Source of the DNA: Pseudonocardia sp.
GTDB taxonomy: Bacteria; Actinomycetota; Actinomycetes; Mycobacteriales; Pseudonocardiaceae
Assembly: GCA_052386505.1 (NCBI GenBank)
Contig: JBQTKB010000017.1
Location: 6,236-70,235 of the forward strand
Reading direction: 5' to 3'
Length of the DNA: 64,000 nucleotides
Shown here: in pieces, positions 1-8,376 of the stretch
How positions within the stretch are numbered: the first letter of the stretch is position 1
Layout: every line of letters begins with the position of its first letter
Position numbers and translations under genes: made by a program
Notes under the pieces: model-generated
Told to the model about the DNA's origin: nothing
The model's input: the letters and a program-made list of their open reading frames with translations, nothing else
Databases searched by the model: none

Positions 1-326
1 TTGGCCTGGTCGCCGGACAGCAGCATCTCGGCCGCGGTGAACAGTAGGTATCCGGTGCCACCGAGCACCAGGAACCAGGTAGCCCTGACCGCCGACCGCG
101 CGGCGACCAGCCCCACCACGCCGGCGCCGATGTGTACGAGATTCGCCAGCGGTGAGGTGTTGAGGACGCCCAGGAACGTCATCGGGGCGCCGAAGCCGCC
201 GTCCGACGAACCGGTCGACCCGACCAGCAGGCCGGCGATCCCGAGCAGTAGCAGAACTCCGCCGACGGCGGCCGCGGCGATGTGCGGCAGCCGCACGGCG
301 GTTGTCGGACCGGTCGGCCGTGCCAT
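1..326 (-). CDS. DUF4383-like membrane protein (5' part; runs off the window edge)
   Basis: Not in the ORF track. Manual translation from ATG at 326 gives MARPTGPTTAVRLPHIAAAAVGGVLLLLGIAGLLVG...FLGVLNTSPLANLVHIGAGVVGLVAARS...WFLVLGGTGYLLF, with hydrophobic helices and an N-x-x-H motif typical of DUF4383. Confidence 0.6.
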   Translation of the reverse strand, partial: MARPTGPTTAVRLPHIAAAAVGGVLLLLGIAGLLVGSTGSSDGGFGAPMTFLGVLNTSPLANLVHIGAGVVGLVAARSAVRATWFLVLGGTGYLLFTAAEMLLSGDQA

Positions 327-461
327 GCCTTCGTGCCGTGCGGTCTGTGGTTCGAGAGCCACCGGAACCTCCTTCTTCCGTTTCTGGCCATTTCTGGCCT
401 GTGGGCAACAGCGGTGTGTGCTGTTCTGTCTGCCGATCAGGCCTTCCCCGCCAGGTGCCGG

Positions 462-1655
462 CTACTCGTCCTGATCTTTGTGTCCCTGCCCACGCCGACC
501 GGCGGTTCGGCGTTGCTGGTGGGCGTCCGCCCGGGCCACCAGGACCCGGTCAGTCCGGTCGGCGAAGACCTCATCGGCGTAGCGCAGCAGCGCGGCCAGG
601 GCAGCGACGAACGGCACCGCGAGGAACGCTCCGGCGACGCCGTAGAGCGCGGCGCCGGCGGTGACCGCAAGCACCACGACCGCCGCGTGCAGCCGCAGGG
701 TGCGTCCCTGCAGGATCGGCTGCAGCACATTGCCCTCGATCTGCTGGACGCCGACGACGATCGCCAGCACGACCAGCGCGGCCGTCAAGCCGTTGCTGAC
801 CAGTGCCACCAGCACCGCCAGCGCGCCGGCCACGACAGCCCCGGCGATGGGCACCAGCCCGCCGAGGAAGGTCAGTACCGCCAGTGGAACCGCCAGCGGG
901 ACCCCGACGATCAACAGGCCGGCCCCGATGAACACCGCGTCGAGCAGCGCGATCGCCACCTGGGTGAGCAGGAACCCCTGGGTGGTGTGCCACACCCGGC
1001 CCAGGGCCTCCGCGATGTGCCCCCCGGCCTTGCCTCCACCGACCCGCCGCACCCACGGCAGGAACCGGTCACCGTCCTTGAGGAACAGGAAGGTCAGCAC
1101 CAGCGTCAACAGGCCGGTGACCACAGCGGACCCGACCGCCGTCAAGCCGACAAGCAGGCCGGACGCCACGCTCGTGGCGCTCTGTCGCAGCTGGTCGAGG
1201 GCCTGCTGGAACGCGCGGTCGATCTGGCCGTCCGCGAGCTGGAAGGGCGGGCCGACCAGCCATTGCCGGACCTGGTCGACGCCGCTCAGCGCCGCGTCGA
1301 CCACATTGCTCAGCTCGTTGGCCAGCTGCGGGACGATCAACATGAACGCGACACCGAGCATCCCGAGCGCCAGCAGCAGTACCGTGGCGGAGGCCAGCGC
1401 GGCGGGCCAGCGACGCCGGCGCAGCCAACCGGTCGGCGGCCACAGCAGTGCCGCCAGGATCACCCCCAGCAGCACCGGCAGGACCACCACCCACAGCCGC
1501 GCGAGCAGCCACCACAGACCGGCCAACCCGACCGCGAGCACCAGCAGCCGCAACGTCCACTGAGCGCTGGACGCCACGGCCTCGCCGATCAGCCGCGAGC
1601 GCACGCCGGTCGCTCGTCTCCCCGGCGCCGGGATTTCACCATCGTTGTCGCGCAC
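462..1655 (-). CDS. AI-2E (PerM-like) family transporter
   Basis: 397 aa multi-TM protein with IPIAG-like (VPIAGA), QQIEGNVLQP and GVAGAFLAVP motifs. Confidence 0.9.
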   Translation of the reverse strand: MRDNDGEIPAPGRRATGVRSRLIGEAVASSAQWTLRLLVLAVGLAGLWWLLARLWVVVLPVLLGVILAALLWPPTGWLRRRRWPAALASATVLLLALGMLGVAFMLIVPQLANELSNVVDAALSGVDQVRQWLVGPPFQLADGQIDRAFQQALDQLRQSATSVASGLLVGLTAVGSAVVTGLLTLVLTFLFLKDGDRFLPWVRRVGGGKAGGHIAEALGRVWHTTQGFLLTQVAIALLDAVFIGAGLLIVGVPLAVPLAVLTFLGGLVPIAGAVVAGALAVLVALVSNGLTAALVVLAIVVGVQQIEGNVLQPILQGRTLRLHAAVVVLAVTAGAALYGVAGAFLAVPFVAALAALLRYADEVFADRTDRVLVARADAHQQRRTAGRRGQGHKDQDE

Positions 1656-1674
1656 TGGCGCACCTCACCGGAAT

Positions 1675-2397
1675 CTATGCGCTGCTCGGCAGGCCACGCA
1701 GCGACACCTCGGTCTTCGTGAACTGCCGGGCGGACGGTACGAGCCCGTGCGCGTGCATCAGACGCCGCAGTCGGGCCGCGGCAGCCTCAGCCCGTTGCGG
1801 ACGGCACTTGGTGGACAACTCCAGGAGATGGCGCCCGTCGGGATAACGGCAACTCTCCAGTGCCAGCCGCAGACCCGCGGCCCGGCCGATCAGCCTGCGC
1901 ACCGAAACCGGACCGAACAGCGCCGGGTCGCCCGCCATCCCGGGCCGGCCCAGGAAGCAGTCCAGAAAGATCCGCTGCTCGGCCGAACCGAGCGCGAGCC
2001 ATGAGTGGGCGGCGGGTGTGGACACGGCCCGGTCCGGTATGGGGTGCTTGATCGCGGCGCACCATAGCGTGCGGGCGGGCAACGCATCGAGCTCCACGGA
2101 CAGCCTGGACAGCTTCCGCACCTCGGGTGGCAGCACCGGGCGCTGCTCGCTCCGCAACTTGACCGTGAGGTCGGAGCCACCTCGCTCGTTGACCCGTACC
2201 CGGACCACCAGGCCGCACCGGTCGAGGCTGCGAGTCGCATCGTCGACATAGTGCAGCTGGCGGGCCTGGAAGTCGCGCAGGCCGAGCAGCGTGGCCAGCT
2301 GGTCATCGTCACGGCCACGCCCGTCGAGCTGGACCTTGAGCTCCACCCGCCGCAAGACGCGTTCGTCCAGCTCGGAGGTCAGGTCGGTCCACAACAT
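1675..2397 (-). CDS. CYTH-like (triphosphate tunnel / 'adenylate cyclase'-annotated) protein
   Basis: VELKV, R-x-L-x-Y-x-D, VVRVR, LTVKLR, LELSTKC and TKT motifs. Probable start ATG 2397; the ORF track extends to 2496. Confidence 0.6.
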   Translation of the reverse strand: MLWTDLTSELDERVLRRVELKVQLDGRGRDDDQLATLLGLRDFQARQLHYVDDATRSLDRCGLVVRVRVNERGGSDLTVKLRSEQRPVLPPEVRKLSRLSVELDALPARTLWCAAIKHPIPDRAVSTPAAHSWLALGSAEQRIFLDCFLGRPGMAGDPALFGPVSVRRLIGRAAGLRLALESCRYPDGRHLLELSTKCRPQRAEAAAARLRRLMHAHGLVPSARQFTKTEVSLRGLPSSA

Positions 2398-2516
2398 GCC
2401 GCTCAGTACGCTCACGCCTTCCGCTCGCCGGACACGTAGGTACCCGGTGATGCGGGTCCCAACCGCTGACCGCCCGAGCCACGTCAGCGGTCGCACCGCA
2501 CGAGCGACCGGCCTGA

Positions 2517-2542
2517 CCAGCCGACTCAGCTGAGTCGGCTGG
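2517..2542. repeat. Perfect 26-bp palindrome CCAGCCGACTCAGCTGAGTCGGCTGG
   Basis: Read directly. A further partial copy (GCCGACTCAGCTG) follows at about 2547-2559. Confidence 0.9.
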
Positions 2543-2575
2543 CCGGGCCGACTCAGCTGTTACGGACTCGGCGAC

Positions 2576-2620
2576 CCGGCGAGTGGCGGGCCGGCGAGTG
2601 GCGGGCCGGCGAGTGGCGGG
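2576..2620. repeat. 15-bp tandem repeat x3 (CCGGCGAGTGGCGGG) plus a degenerate fourth unit
   Basis: Read directly. Confidence 0.9.
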
Positions 2621-2788
2621 CCGACGGGTGGCATTGCGGGACGATGGATACCGCCAAGGCATGCTCGTGGCCGGCCGCGCGCAGCTCCCTGACCGAACCG
2701 CCGCCGGCCACGCCACCCCTGGCCGAATCGCCGACCGGCACGCCAAGCGCCGCCCCTGGCCGAACCGCCCCGCCGAACGGCACGCCAC

Positions 2789-2853
2789 GTGATCGACGTT
2801 TCGGTGCACAAGCGGATGCTGGGCTTCCGCTTCCACACCAGGACAGCGATCAC
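2789..2853. repeat. 65-bp imperfect palindromic element, copy A (REP/MITE-like)
   Basis: GTGATCG...GGTG..AAGCGGA-9nt-TCCGCTT..CACC...CGATCAC. 48/65 identical to 3814-3878 and 50/65 identical to 40922-40986 by ungapped manual alignment. Confidence 0.85.
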
Positions 2854-3727
2854 GCGACTCGTGGCGGTACCGACAGAGCCGCCTTGATCTCGGCGAGTAC
2901 CTCGTCCGGGCGGTGGTTCAGGTCGTCCCAGCCGAACCTGAGCACCGTCCACCCGGCGAGGACCACGCCGTTCTGCCGTCGGCTGTCCCTCCGCTTCCGC
3001 TCCGCGCTGGAGTGCCACGCCCACCCGTCCACCTCGATGGCGACCCGCGGCCGCGGGAACGCCAAGTCCAGCACACAGCCCTCCAGCGCGTAGCCAAGCT
3101 GCCATCCGGTCACTCCGGCAGCGCGCAACAGCTTGACGAGCAGCCGCTCTGCCTCCGATGCCGCCCGGTCGGCGGCCACGGCGAGCAACGTCGCCGAGGC
3201 CCTGGACCCACGGCGGCCGAGATTGCGACAGTGGGCGCGGTACACCGTCGCGAAACGCACATGCCGCTGCAGCGCCCGGTCCAGGAACTCCCCGCCCTGC
3301 GGACCGAGCGCCACTGAGGCCTCCAGAACCGTCAGCGGCGCATCGGTGACGCATACGGAGCGGACGACCACGAGATCGGTCTCCGCGAGAGTCCGCCGGC
3401 GCACCCGTACACCGGGTTGACGGCCGGGCTGGCGATCCCGGGCAACGGTCACCTCGATCACCTCCGGGCAGCCGTCGACAAGCCCCAGCCACCAAGCCGC
3501 CGCAAGCCCGCTGACCGCCGTACGAGGTCCCGCCCACAGCGCGGCGGCACGCACCCTGGCGGCATCGGCTGGCGGGCGGTCGGTGGCCCGGTACACCTCG
3601 GGTGCAGTCGCTCCCACCGTCCGGTGGTCACCCGGTAGCGCACCGAGCGCGGGCCCAGCCCGGCTGCCGCCGCCTGAGCCATGGAGATCACGCCGTCCTG
3701 GCGTCGCAGCAACTGATCGATGCGCAT
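2850..3727 (-). pseudogene. AbiEi-like N-terminal domain + DUF559 (Vsr-like PD-(D/E)xK) endonuclease, one frameshift near 3600
   Basis: Frame 1 from ATG 3727: MRIDQLLRRQDGVISMAQAAAAGLG...WERLHP. Frame 2 continues EVYRATD...SGLAAAWWLG...DLAFPRPRVAIEVDGWAWH...GWTVLRF. The span is 878 nt, one short of an intact 879. Confidence 0.8.
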
Positions 3728-3813
3728 GTCGCCAGGGTCGGCCACCGGGTCCCAACCCGGGGGCAGAACGGCGAAACAGGCCCGATGATCGACCGGGCGA
3801 TGCCGCCGGCCCA

Positions 3814-3878
3814 GTGATCGGTGTTTCGGTGGAAAGGCGGAACCTAGGAATCCGCTTTTGCACCAAAACACGGATCAC
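3814..3878. repeat. 65-bp imperfect palindromic element, copy B
   Basis: GTGATCGGTGTTTCGGTGGAAAGGCGGAACCTAGGAATCCGCTTTTGCACCAAAACACGGATCAC. Same length and architecture as copy A. Confidence 0.85.
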
Positions 3879-3990
3879 CCGGCGCGGTCGAATAGCCGAC
3901 TCGGCGGCCGGCGGCCAGGCGCGGCGGCCCGGCGGCAGGCCCGGCGGCAGGCGCGGCGGCCCGGCGGCAGGCGCGGCCGGGTGGTCGACA

Positions 3991-5013
3991 CTAGAGGGGC
4001 TCGGGAAAGTGGCAGGCGGCCAGATGACCGTCGGGACCGTGCGGCGTGAGCGGCGGCTCCTCGGCGGCGCACACCGCCTGGGCCTTCCAGCACCGGGTCC
4101 GGAAGCGGCAGCCGGACGGCGGGTGCACCGGACTGGGCACCTCGCCGGTGAGCACGATCCGGCGCCTGGCCCGCTCGGCGACCGGGTCGGGTAGCGGCGC
4201 CGCGGACAGTAGTGCCCGGGTGTAGGGATGGCGTGGCGAGTCGTAGATCGCGTTGCGGGGGCCGACCTCGACGATCTTGCCCAGGTACATCACCGCGACC
4301 CGGTGGCTGATGTGCCGCACCACAGACAGGTTGTGCGCGATGAACAGGTACGCCACGCCGAGCCGCTCGCGCAGCTCCGCGAGCAGGTTCACCACGCCGG
4401 CCTGCACCGAGACGTCCAGCGCGGACACCGGCTCGTCCAGCACCACCAGCCTCGGGCTCAGTGCCAGTGCGCGGGCGATGCCGATGCGTTGTCGTTGGCC
4501 GCCGGAGAACTCGTGCGGGTAGCGGTTACGGTGCTCCGGACTCAGTCCGACGGCAGCCAGCAGCTCGTCGACCCGTGCCTGCTCGTGACCGCCTGGGCCG
4601 CGAGAAGCGTCAGCGGAAGGAGCATCTGAACCGTGGATCTCGAACGGCTCGCCGACGATCCGGTTCACCGTCCAGCGCGGGTTCAGCGAGGCGTACGGGT
4701 CCTGGAAGACGATCTGTAGCCGACGCCGGATCTCGCGCATCCGCCGCGGCGCCACCGCGGCCAGCTCCTCGCCGTCGAACCGGATCGAGCCCGAGGTCGG
4801 CTCGCGCAATCGCAGGATGCACCGACCCACCGTCGACTTGCCGCAACCGGACTCGCCGACCAACCCCAACGTCTCCCCCGGCGCGATGTCGAACGACACC
4901 CCCGACACCGCCCGCACCCGCCCGACCGTGCGCGGCAGGATCGCGCCCCCGCGCACCGGGAAGTCCTTCACCAGGTCCCGCACCGCGAGCAACGGCTCCG
5001 CGTCGGTGGTCAC
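3991..5013 (-). CDS. Oligopeptide/dipeptide ABC transporter ATP-binding protein (OppF-like)
   Basis: Walker [22 protein letters not shown] and the C-terminal oligo_HPY ([12 protein letters not shown]) domain. GTG start 5013 overlaps the upstream stop. Confidence 0.92.
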   Translation of the reverse strand: MTTDAEPLLAVRDLVKDFPVRGGAILPRTVGRVRAVSGVSFDIAPGETLGLVGESGCGKSTVGRCILRLREPTSGSIRFDGEELAAVAPRRMREIRRRLQIVFQDPYASLNPRWTVNRIVGEPFEIHGSDAPSADASRGPGGHEQARVDELLAAVGLSPEHRNRYPHEFSGGQRQRIGIARALALSPRLVVLDEPVSALDVSVQAGVVNLLAELRERLGVAYLFIAHNLSVVRHISHRVAVMYLGKIVEVGPRNAIYDSPRHPYTRALLSAAPLPDPVAERARRRIVLTGEVPSPVHPPSGCRFRTRCWKAQAVCAAEEPPLTPHGPDGHLAACHFPEPL

Positions 5014-6326
5014 CGAGGCCCCCCGCACTCGTCGGACGCCGGGTTCCGCGCTGCCGGCCCACGCACACTCTCCGCGGCCGCCGCACACTCCGCATCCTGT
5101 GCGGCGGCGGCCGGTGTGCCGCGTCCGCTGGGGGTGGTCGGGCGTCCGCTCGGGGTGGTCGGGCGTCCGCTCGGGGTGGTCGGGCGCCCGCTGGGGGTGG
5201 TCGGGCGCCCGCTGGGGGTGGTCGGGCGCCCGCTCGGGGTGGTCGGGCGCCCGCTGGGGGTGTACGGGTTCGCCGCGAGCTCGGGCCAACGGTGGCAGCG
5301 GGCGGCGTGCCCGGGCTCGACGGTCAGCAGATCCGGCTCCCCTGCGACGCATACTGGCGCGGCCAGCGGGCAGCGCGGCGCGAACGTGCACCCGGGCGGC
5401 AGCCGCAGTGGCGACGGTGGGGCACCGGGGATCGGGGTGAGCGGTCGTCCCACCCGTGACGGGTCGGGCACCGAGCCGAGCAGACCCACCGTGTACGGCA
5501 TCCTCGGTCGGGCGAACAGGGCAGCCGTCTCCGCCATCTCGACGATGGTGCCGCCGTACATGACCTGCACCCGGTCGGCCATCCCGGCAACCACCCCGAG
5601 GTCGTGGGTGATCAGCATGATGGCTGCCCCGGTGTCCTCGGTGACCGCGCGCAGGGTCTCCAGGATCTGCGCCTGCACGGTGACGTCCAGCGCGGTGGTC
5701 GGCTCGTCGGCGATGATCAGCGCCGGGTCGTTGACGATCGCCATCGCGATCATCGCCCGCTGGCGCATGCCACCGGAGAACTCGTGCGGGTAGGCCGCCG
5801 CGCAGCGGTCGGGTTGCGGGATGCCGACCCGGCCCAGGGCTTCGACCGCCACCGCCCGGGCCGCCCGCCGCGACACCCCGCCGTGGTGCGCACGGTAGGC
5901 CTCGGCCAGCTGCCAGCCGACGGTGTAGACCGGGTTCAGCGAGGTCATCGGGTCCTGGAAGATCATCCCGATGTCGTTGCCGCGGACCCGGCGCAGCTCG
6001 GTGTCCGGCCGGCCGACCAGCTCCCGCCCGGCGAACCGGATCGATCCGGTCACCGTCGCGGAGCGCGGCAGCAGGCCGGTCACCGCGGCTGCGGTCACCG
6101 ACTTGCCGCAGCCGGACTCGCCCACCACACCCAGCACCTCACCCGCCGCCAACCGCAGCGACACGCCGCGCACCGCCCGCACCACCCCGTCCTCGGTAGC
6201 GAACCCCACGGAGAGGTCCTCCACCTCCAGCAACGCATCCTCATCCCGACGAATGGCACTTTCGTCGGATAGGTTCCGACGAACAGCGCGTTCGCCGGAA
6301 CCGGTGGATGCGGGCCCGCCGGTCAT
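5010..6326 (-). CDS. Oligopeptide/dipeptide ABC transporter ATP-binding protein (OppD-like) with repeat-containing tail
   Basis: [26 protein letters not shown] and [12 protein letters not shown] overlap with oppC. Confidence 0.92.
   Translation of the reverse strand: MTGGPASTGSGERAVRRNLSDESAIRRDEDALLEVEDLSVGFATEDGVVRAVRGVSLRLAAGEVLGVVGESGCGKSVTAAAVTGLLPRSATVTGSIRFAGRELVGRPDTELRRVRGNDIGMIFQDPMTSLNPVYTVGWQLAEAYRAHHGGVSRRAARAVAVEALGRVGIPQPDRCAAAYPHEFSGGMRQRAMIAMAIVNDPALIIADEPTTALDVTVQAQILETLRAVTEDTGAAIMLITHDLGVVAGMADRVQVMYGGTIVEMAETAALFARPRMPYTVGLLGSVPDPSRVGRPLTPIPGAPPSPLRLPPGCTFAPRCPLAAPVCVAGEPDLLTVEPGHAARCHRWPELAANPYTPSGRPTTPSGRPTTPSGRPTTPSGRPTTPSGRPTTPSGRPTTPSGRGTPAAAAQDAECAAAAESVRGPAARNPASDECGGPR
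5122..5268. repeat. 21-bp tandem repeat x6 plus a partial seventh, encoding (SGRPTTP)n in the OppD C-terminus
   Basis: Unit CG[T/C]CCGCT[C/G]GGGGTGGTCGGG read directly. Confidence 0.92.
6250..6294. repeat. 45-bp palindromic element (family 2), in-frame inside the oppD 5' end
   Basis: CGAATGGCACTTTCGTCG-GATAGGTTC-CGACGAACAGCGCGTTCG. 34/45 identical to 29716-29760. Confidence 0.7.
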
Positions 6327-7357
6327 GTCCTCACCCGCTTCTGCCTCGGGTCCAGAGCGTCGCGGAGGCCGTCGCCGATGGAGTTGACCGACAGCCCGAT
6401 CAGCACAATGAGCAGGAACGGGAACCAGAACAGCCAGGGCAGCGTGGCGATCTCATTGCGGTTCTCGTTGATCAGCAGCCCGAGCGAGGCGCTGGGCCGG
6501 CGCACCCCGAGCCCGATGAACGACAGCGCGGACTCCAGGAGCACCGCCTGGGCCACCGTCACCGTGGCGTTCACGATGATCACGTCCACGGTGTTCGGCA
6601 GGATGTGTCGGAACACGATCCGCGGGGTGGACGCGCCCAGCGCCCGGGCGGCCTCCACGAACTCCTTCTCCCGCAGCGAGAGCACCATGCCCCGGATCGT
6701 GCGGGCGATCGCGAACCAGGCGGTGAACAGCGCCAGGATCAGCGCGACGGTCAGCCAGTTGCCGCCGCTGGGCGCCGAGGGCGCGAAGGTGAACGAGTTG
6801 CGCGCCAGCACGGCGGTGACCACCAGCGGCGGGATGCACAGCAGCAGGTCGACCAGCCGGCTGACCGCGCTGTCCACCCAGCCGCGCAGGTAGCCGGCGA
6901 GCGCGCCGAGCACCACCCCGAGCAGGGTGGCCACCAGCGCCACGACCAGCGCGATCTGCAGCGAGAACCGGGTGCCGGAGATGATGCCGGCGAGCATGTC
7001 GCGGCCGATCCGGTCGGTGCCCAGGGGATGCGCGCCGCTGGGCGGCACCTTCGGCGGGTAGACCGCGTCCAGCGTGCGGTCCCACAGCAGCGGCCCGGCG
7101 AACGCGAACAACAGCAGCCCGGCGAACAGCACCGACCCGGCCACCGCCGCTCGGTGGCGGGCGAACCGGCGGGCCACCAACCGCCACTGCGAGGCCGCCG
7201 CCACGCCGGCGAAGCCCGCGCCGCCGTCGGCCCGATCGAAAGGACCGCCCGGACCCGGACCACCCGGCGGGCCGCCCGGCGGAGGACCACCCGGCGGACC
7301 ACCCGGCTGGTGGCCCGGCGGGCCGCCCGGGTTGCCGGGCACCAGCAGGTCAGCCAT
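6323..7357 (-). CDS. ABC transporter permease (OppC-like), Gly/Pro-rich N-terminus
   Basis: HPLGTDRIGRD, EFVEAARALGAS (EAA motif) and RHILPN. Confidence 0.93.
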   Translation of the reverse strand: MADLLVPGNPGGPPGHQPGGPPGGPPPGGPPGGPGPGGPFDRADGGAGFAGVAAASQWRLVARRFARHRAAVAGSVLFAGLLLFAFAGPLLWDRTLDAVYPPKVPPSGAHPLGTDRIGRDMLAGIISGTRFSLQIALVVALVATLLGVVLGALAGYLRGWVDSAVSRLVDLLLCIPPLVVTAVLARNSFTFAPSAPSGGNWLTVALILALFTAWFAIARTIRGMVLSLREKEFVEAARALGASTPRIVFRHILPNTVDVIIVNATVTVAQAVLLESALSFIGLGVRRPSASLGLLINENRNEIATLPWLFWFPFLLIVLIGLSVNSIGDGLRDALDPRQKRVRT

Positions 7358-8348
7358 ATCGGATCCGCGGGTCGAGGTAGGCGTACACCAGATCGGCCAT
7401 CAGGTTGAAACCGATGATCACCACGGCGGTGACCATCATCCAGCCCTGCACCATCCACGGCTCCTTCTTGGTGATCGCGTCCACGATGAGCAGGCCCATC
7501 CCGCGCCAGCCGAACACCGTCTCGGTGATCACCGCGCCGCCGATGATCGTGCCGAGGTTGAGCGCGAAGACGGTCACCACCGGGATCAGCCCGTTGCGCA
7601 GCGCGTGGCGCACCACCACCCGCGACGGTGCGAGCCCCTTGGCCCGCGCGGTGCGCACGTAGTCCGCGCCCAGCGCGTCGAGCATCGAGGCCCGTTGGAA
7701 GCGGCTGTAGAGCGCGAACTGGATCGCCACCAGGGACAGCACCGGTAACAGGAAGGTGCCGCTGTACTGGTAGACCAGCTCGCCGAAGCCCCCGGAGAAC
7801 CCGCCGGGCGGCGGGCCGGCGGTGACGATCCAGCGGCCCAACCCGATGCTCTCCAGCCAGTTGTTCAGCTCGATCCCGCCGTACTTCAGGATCACCGCGA
7901 CGCAGAACAGCGGCATGGAGAACATCACGAACGCCGCGCCGGTGGCCCCGTAGTCGAATATCGAGTACTGGCGCACCGCGCCGAGCACCCCGATCGCCAT
8001 GCCGATCAGCAGGGCGAGGATCTCGGCGACCAGCACCAGCCGCAAGGTCACCCCCAGCGCGCGGCCGATCTCCGGGCGGACCTCGACCGTGCCGTTGCCG
8101 GGCACCACCGTGGTCTTCCAGTCGCCGGTGACGAACCCGCCCGCCCAGTCGAGGTAGCGCTCCACGATCGGTCGGTCGTAGCCGATCCGCTGGTACTGGG
8201 CGGCGATCTCGGTGTCCGCGCGCGGACGTTGCAGTTTCCACTCGGCCAGCGGGTCGCCCATTGCCGTGGTCAGCGCGAACGACAGGAACGACGCCGCGAC
8301 CAGCAGTGGAACCGCGATCAGCAGCCGTCGTGCGGCGAACCGGAGCAC
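7350..8348 (-). CDS. ABC transporter permease (OppB-like)
   Basis: DYVRTARAKGL, HALRN, ITETVF and AYLDPRI motifs. Confidence 0.93.
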   Translation of the reverse strand: MLRFAARRLLIAVPLLVAASFLSFALTTAMGDPLAEWKLQRPRADTEIAAQYQRIGYDRPIVERYLDWAGGFVTGDWKTTVVPGNGTVEVRPEIGRALGVTLRLVLVAEILALLIGMAIGVLGAVRQYSIFDYGATGAAFVMFSMPLFCVAVILKYGGIELNNWLESIGLGRWIVTAGPPPGGFSGGFGELVYQYSGTFLLPVLSLVAIQFALYSRFQRASMLDALGADYVRTARAKGLAPSRVVVRHALRNGLIPVVTVFALNLGTIIGGAVITETVFGWRGMGLLIVDAITKKEPWMVQGWMMVTAVVIIGFNLMADLVYAYLDPRIRYG

Positions 8349-8376
8349 CGCGACTACCCCTGCCCGAGCCGCTGCC

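Noticed and set aside
2789-3878. Classical IS element
   Set aside because: No DDE, HUH or serine transposase motifs and no target-site duplication. Kept only as a REP-like cassette hypothesis.
5122-5268. Regularly spaced repeats as a possible CRISPR array (also 56268-56375 and 44371-44466)
   Set aside because: The units are contiguous with no unique spacers, lie in-frame within genes, and no cas genes are present.
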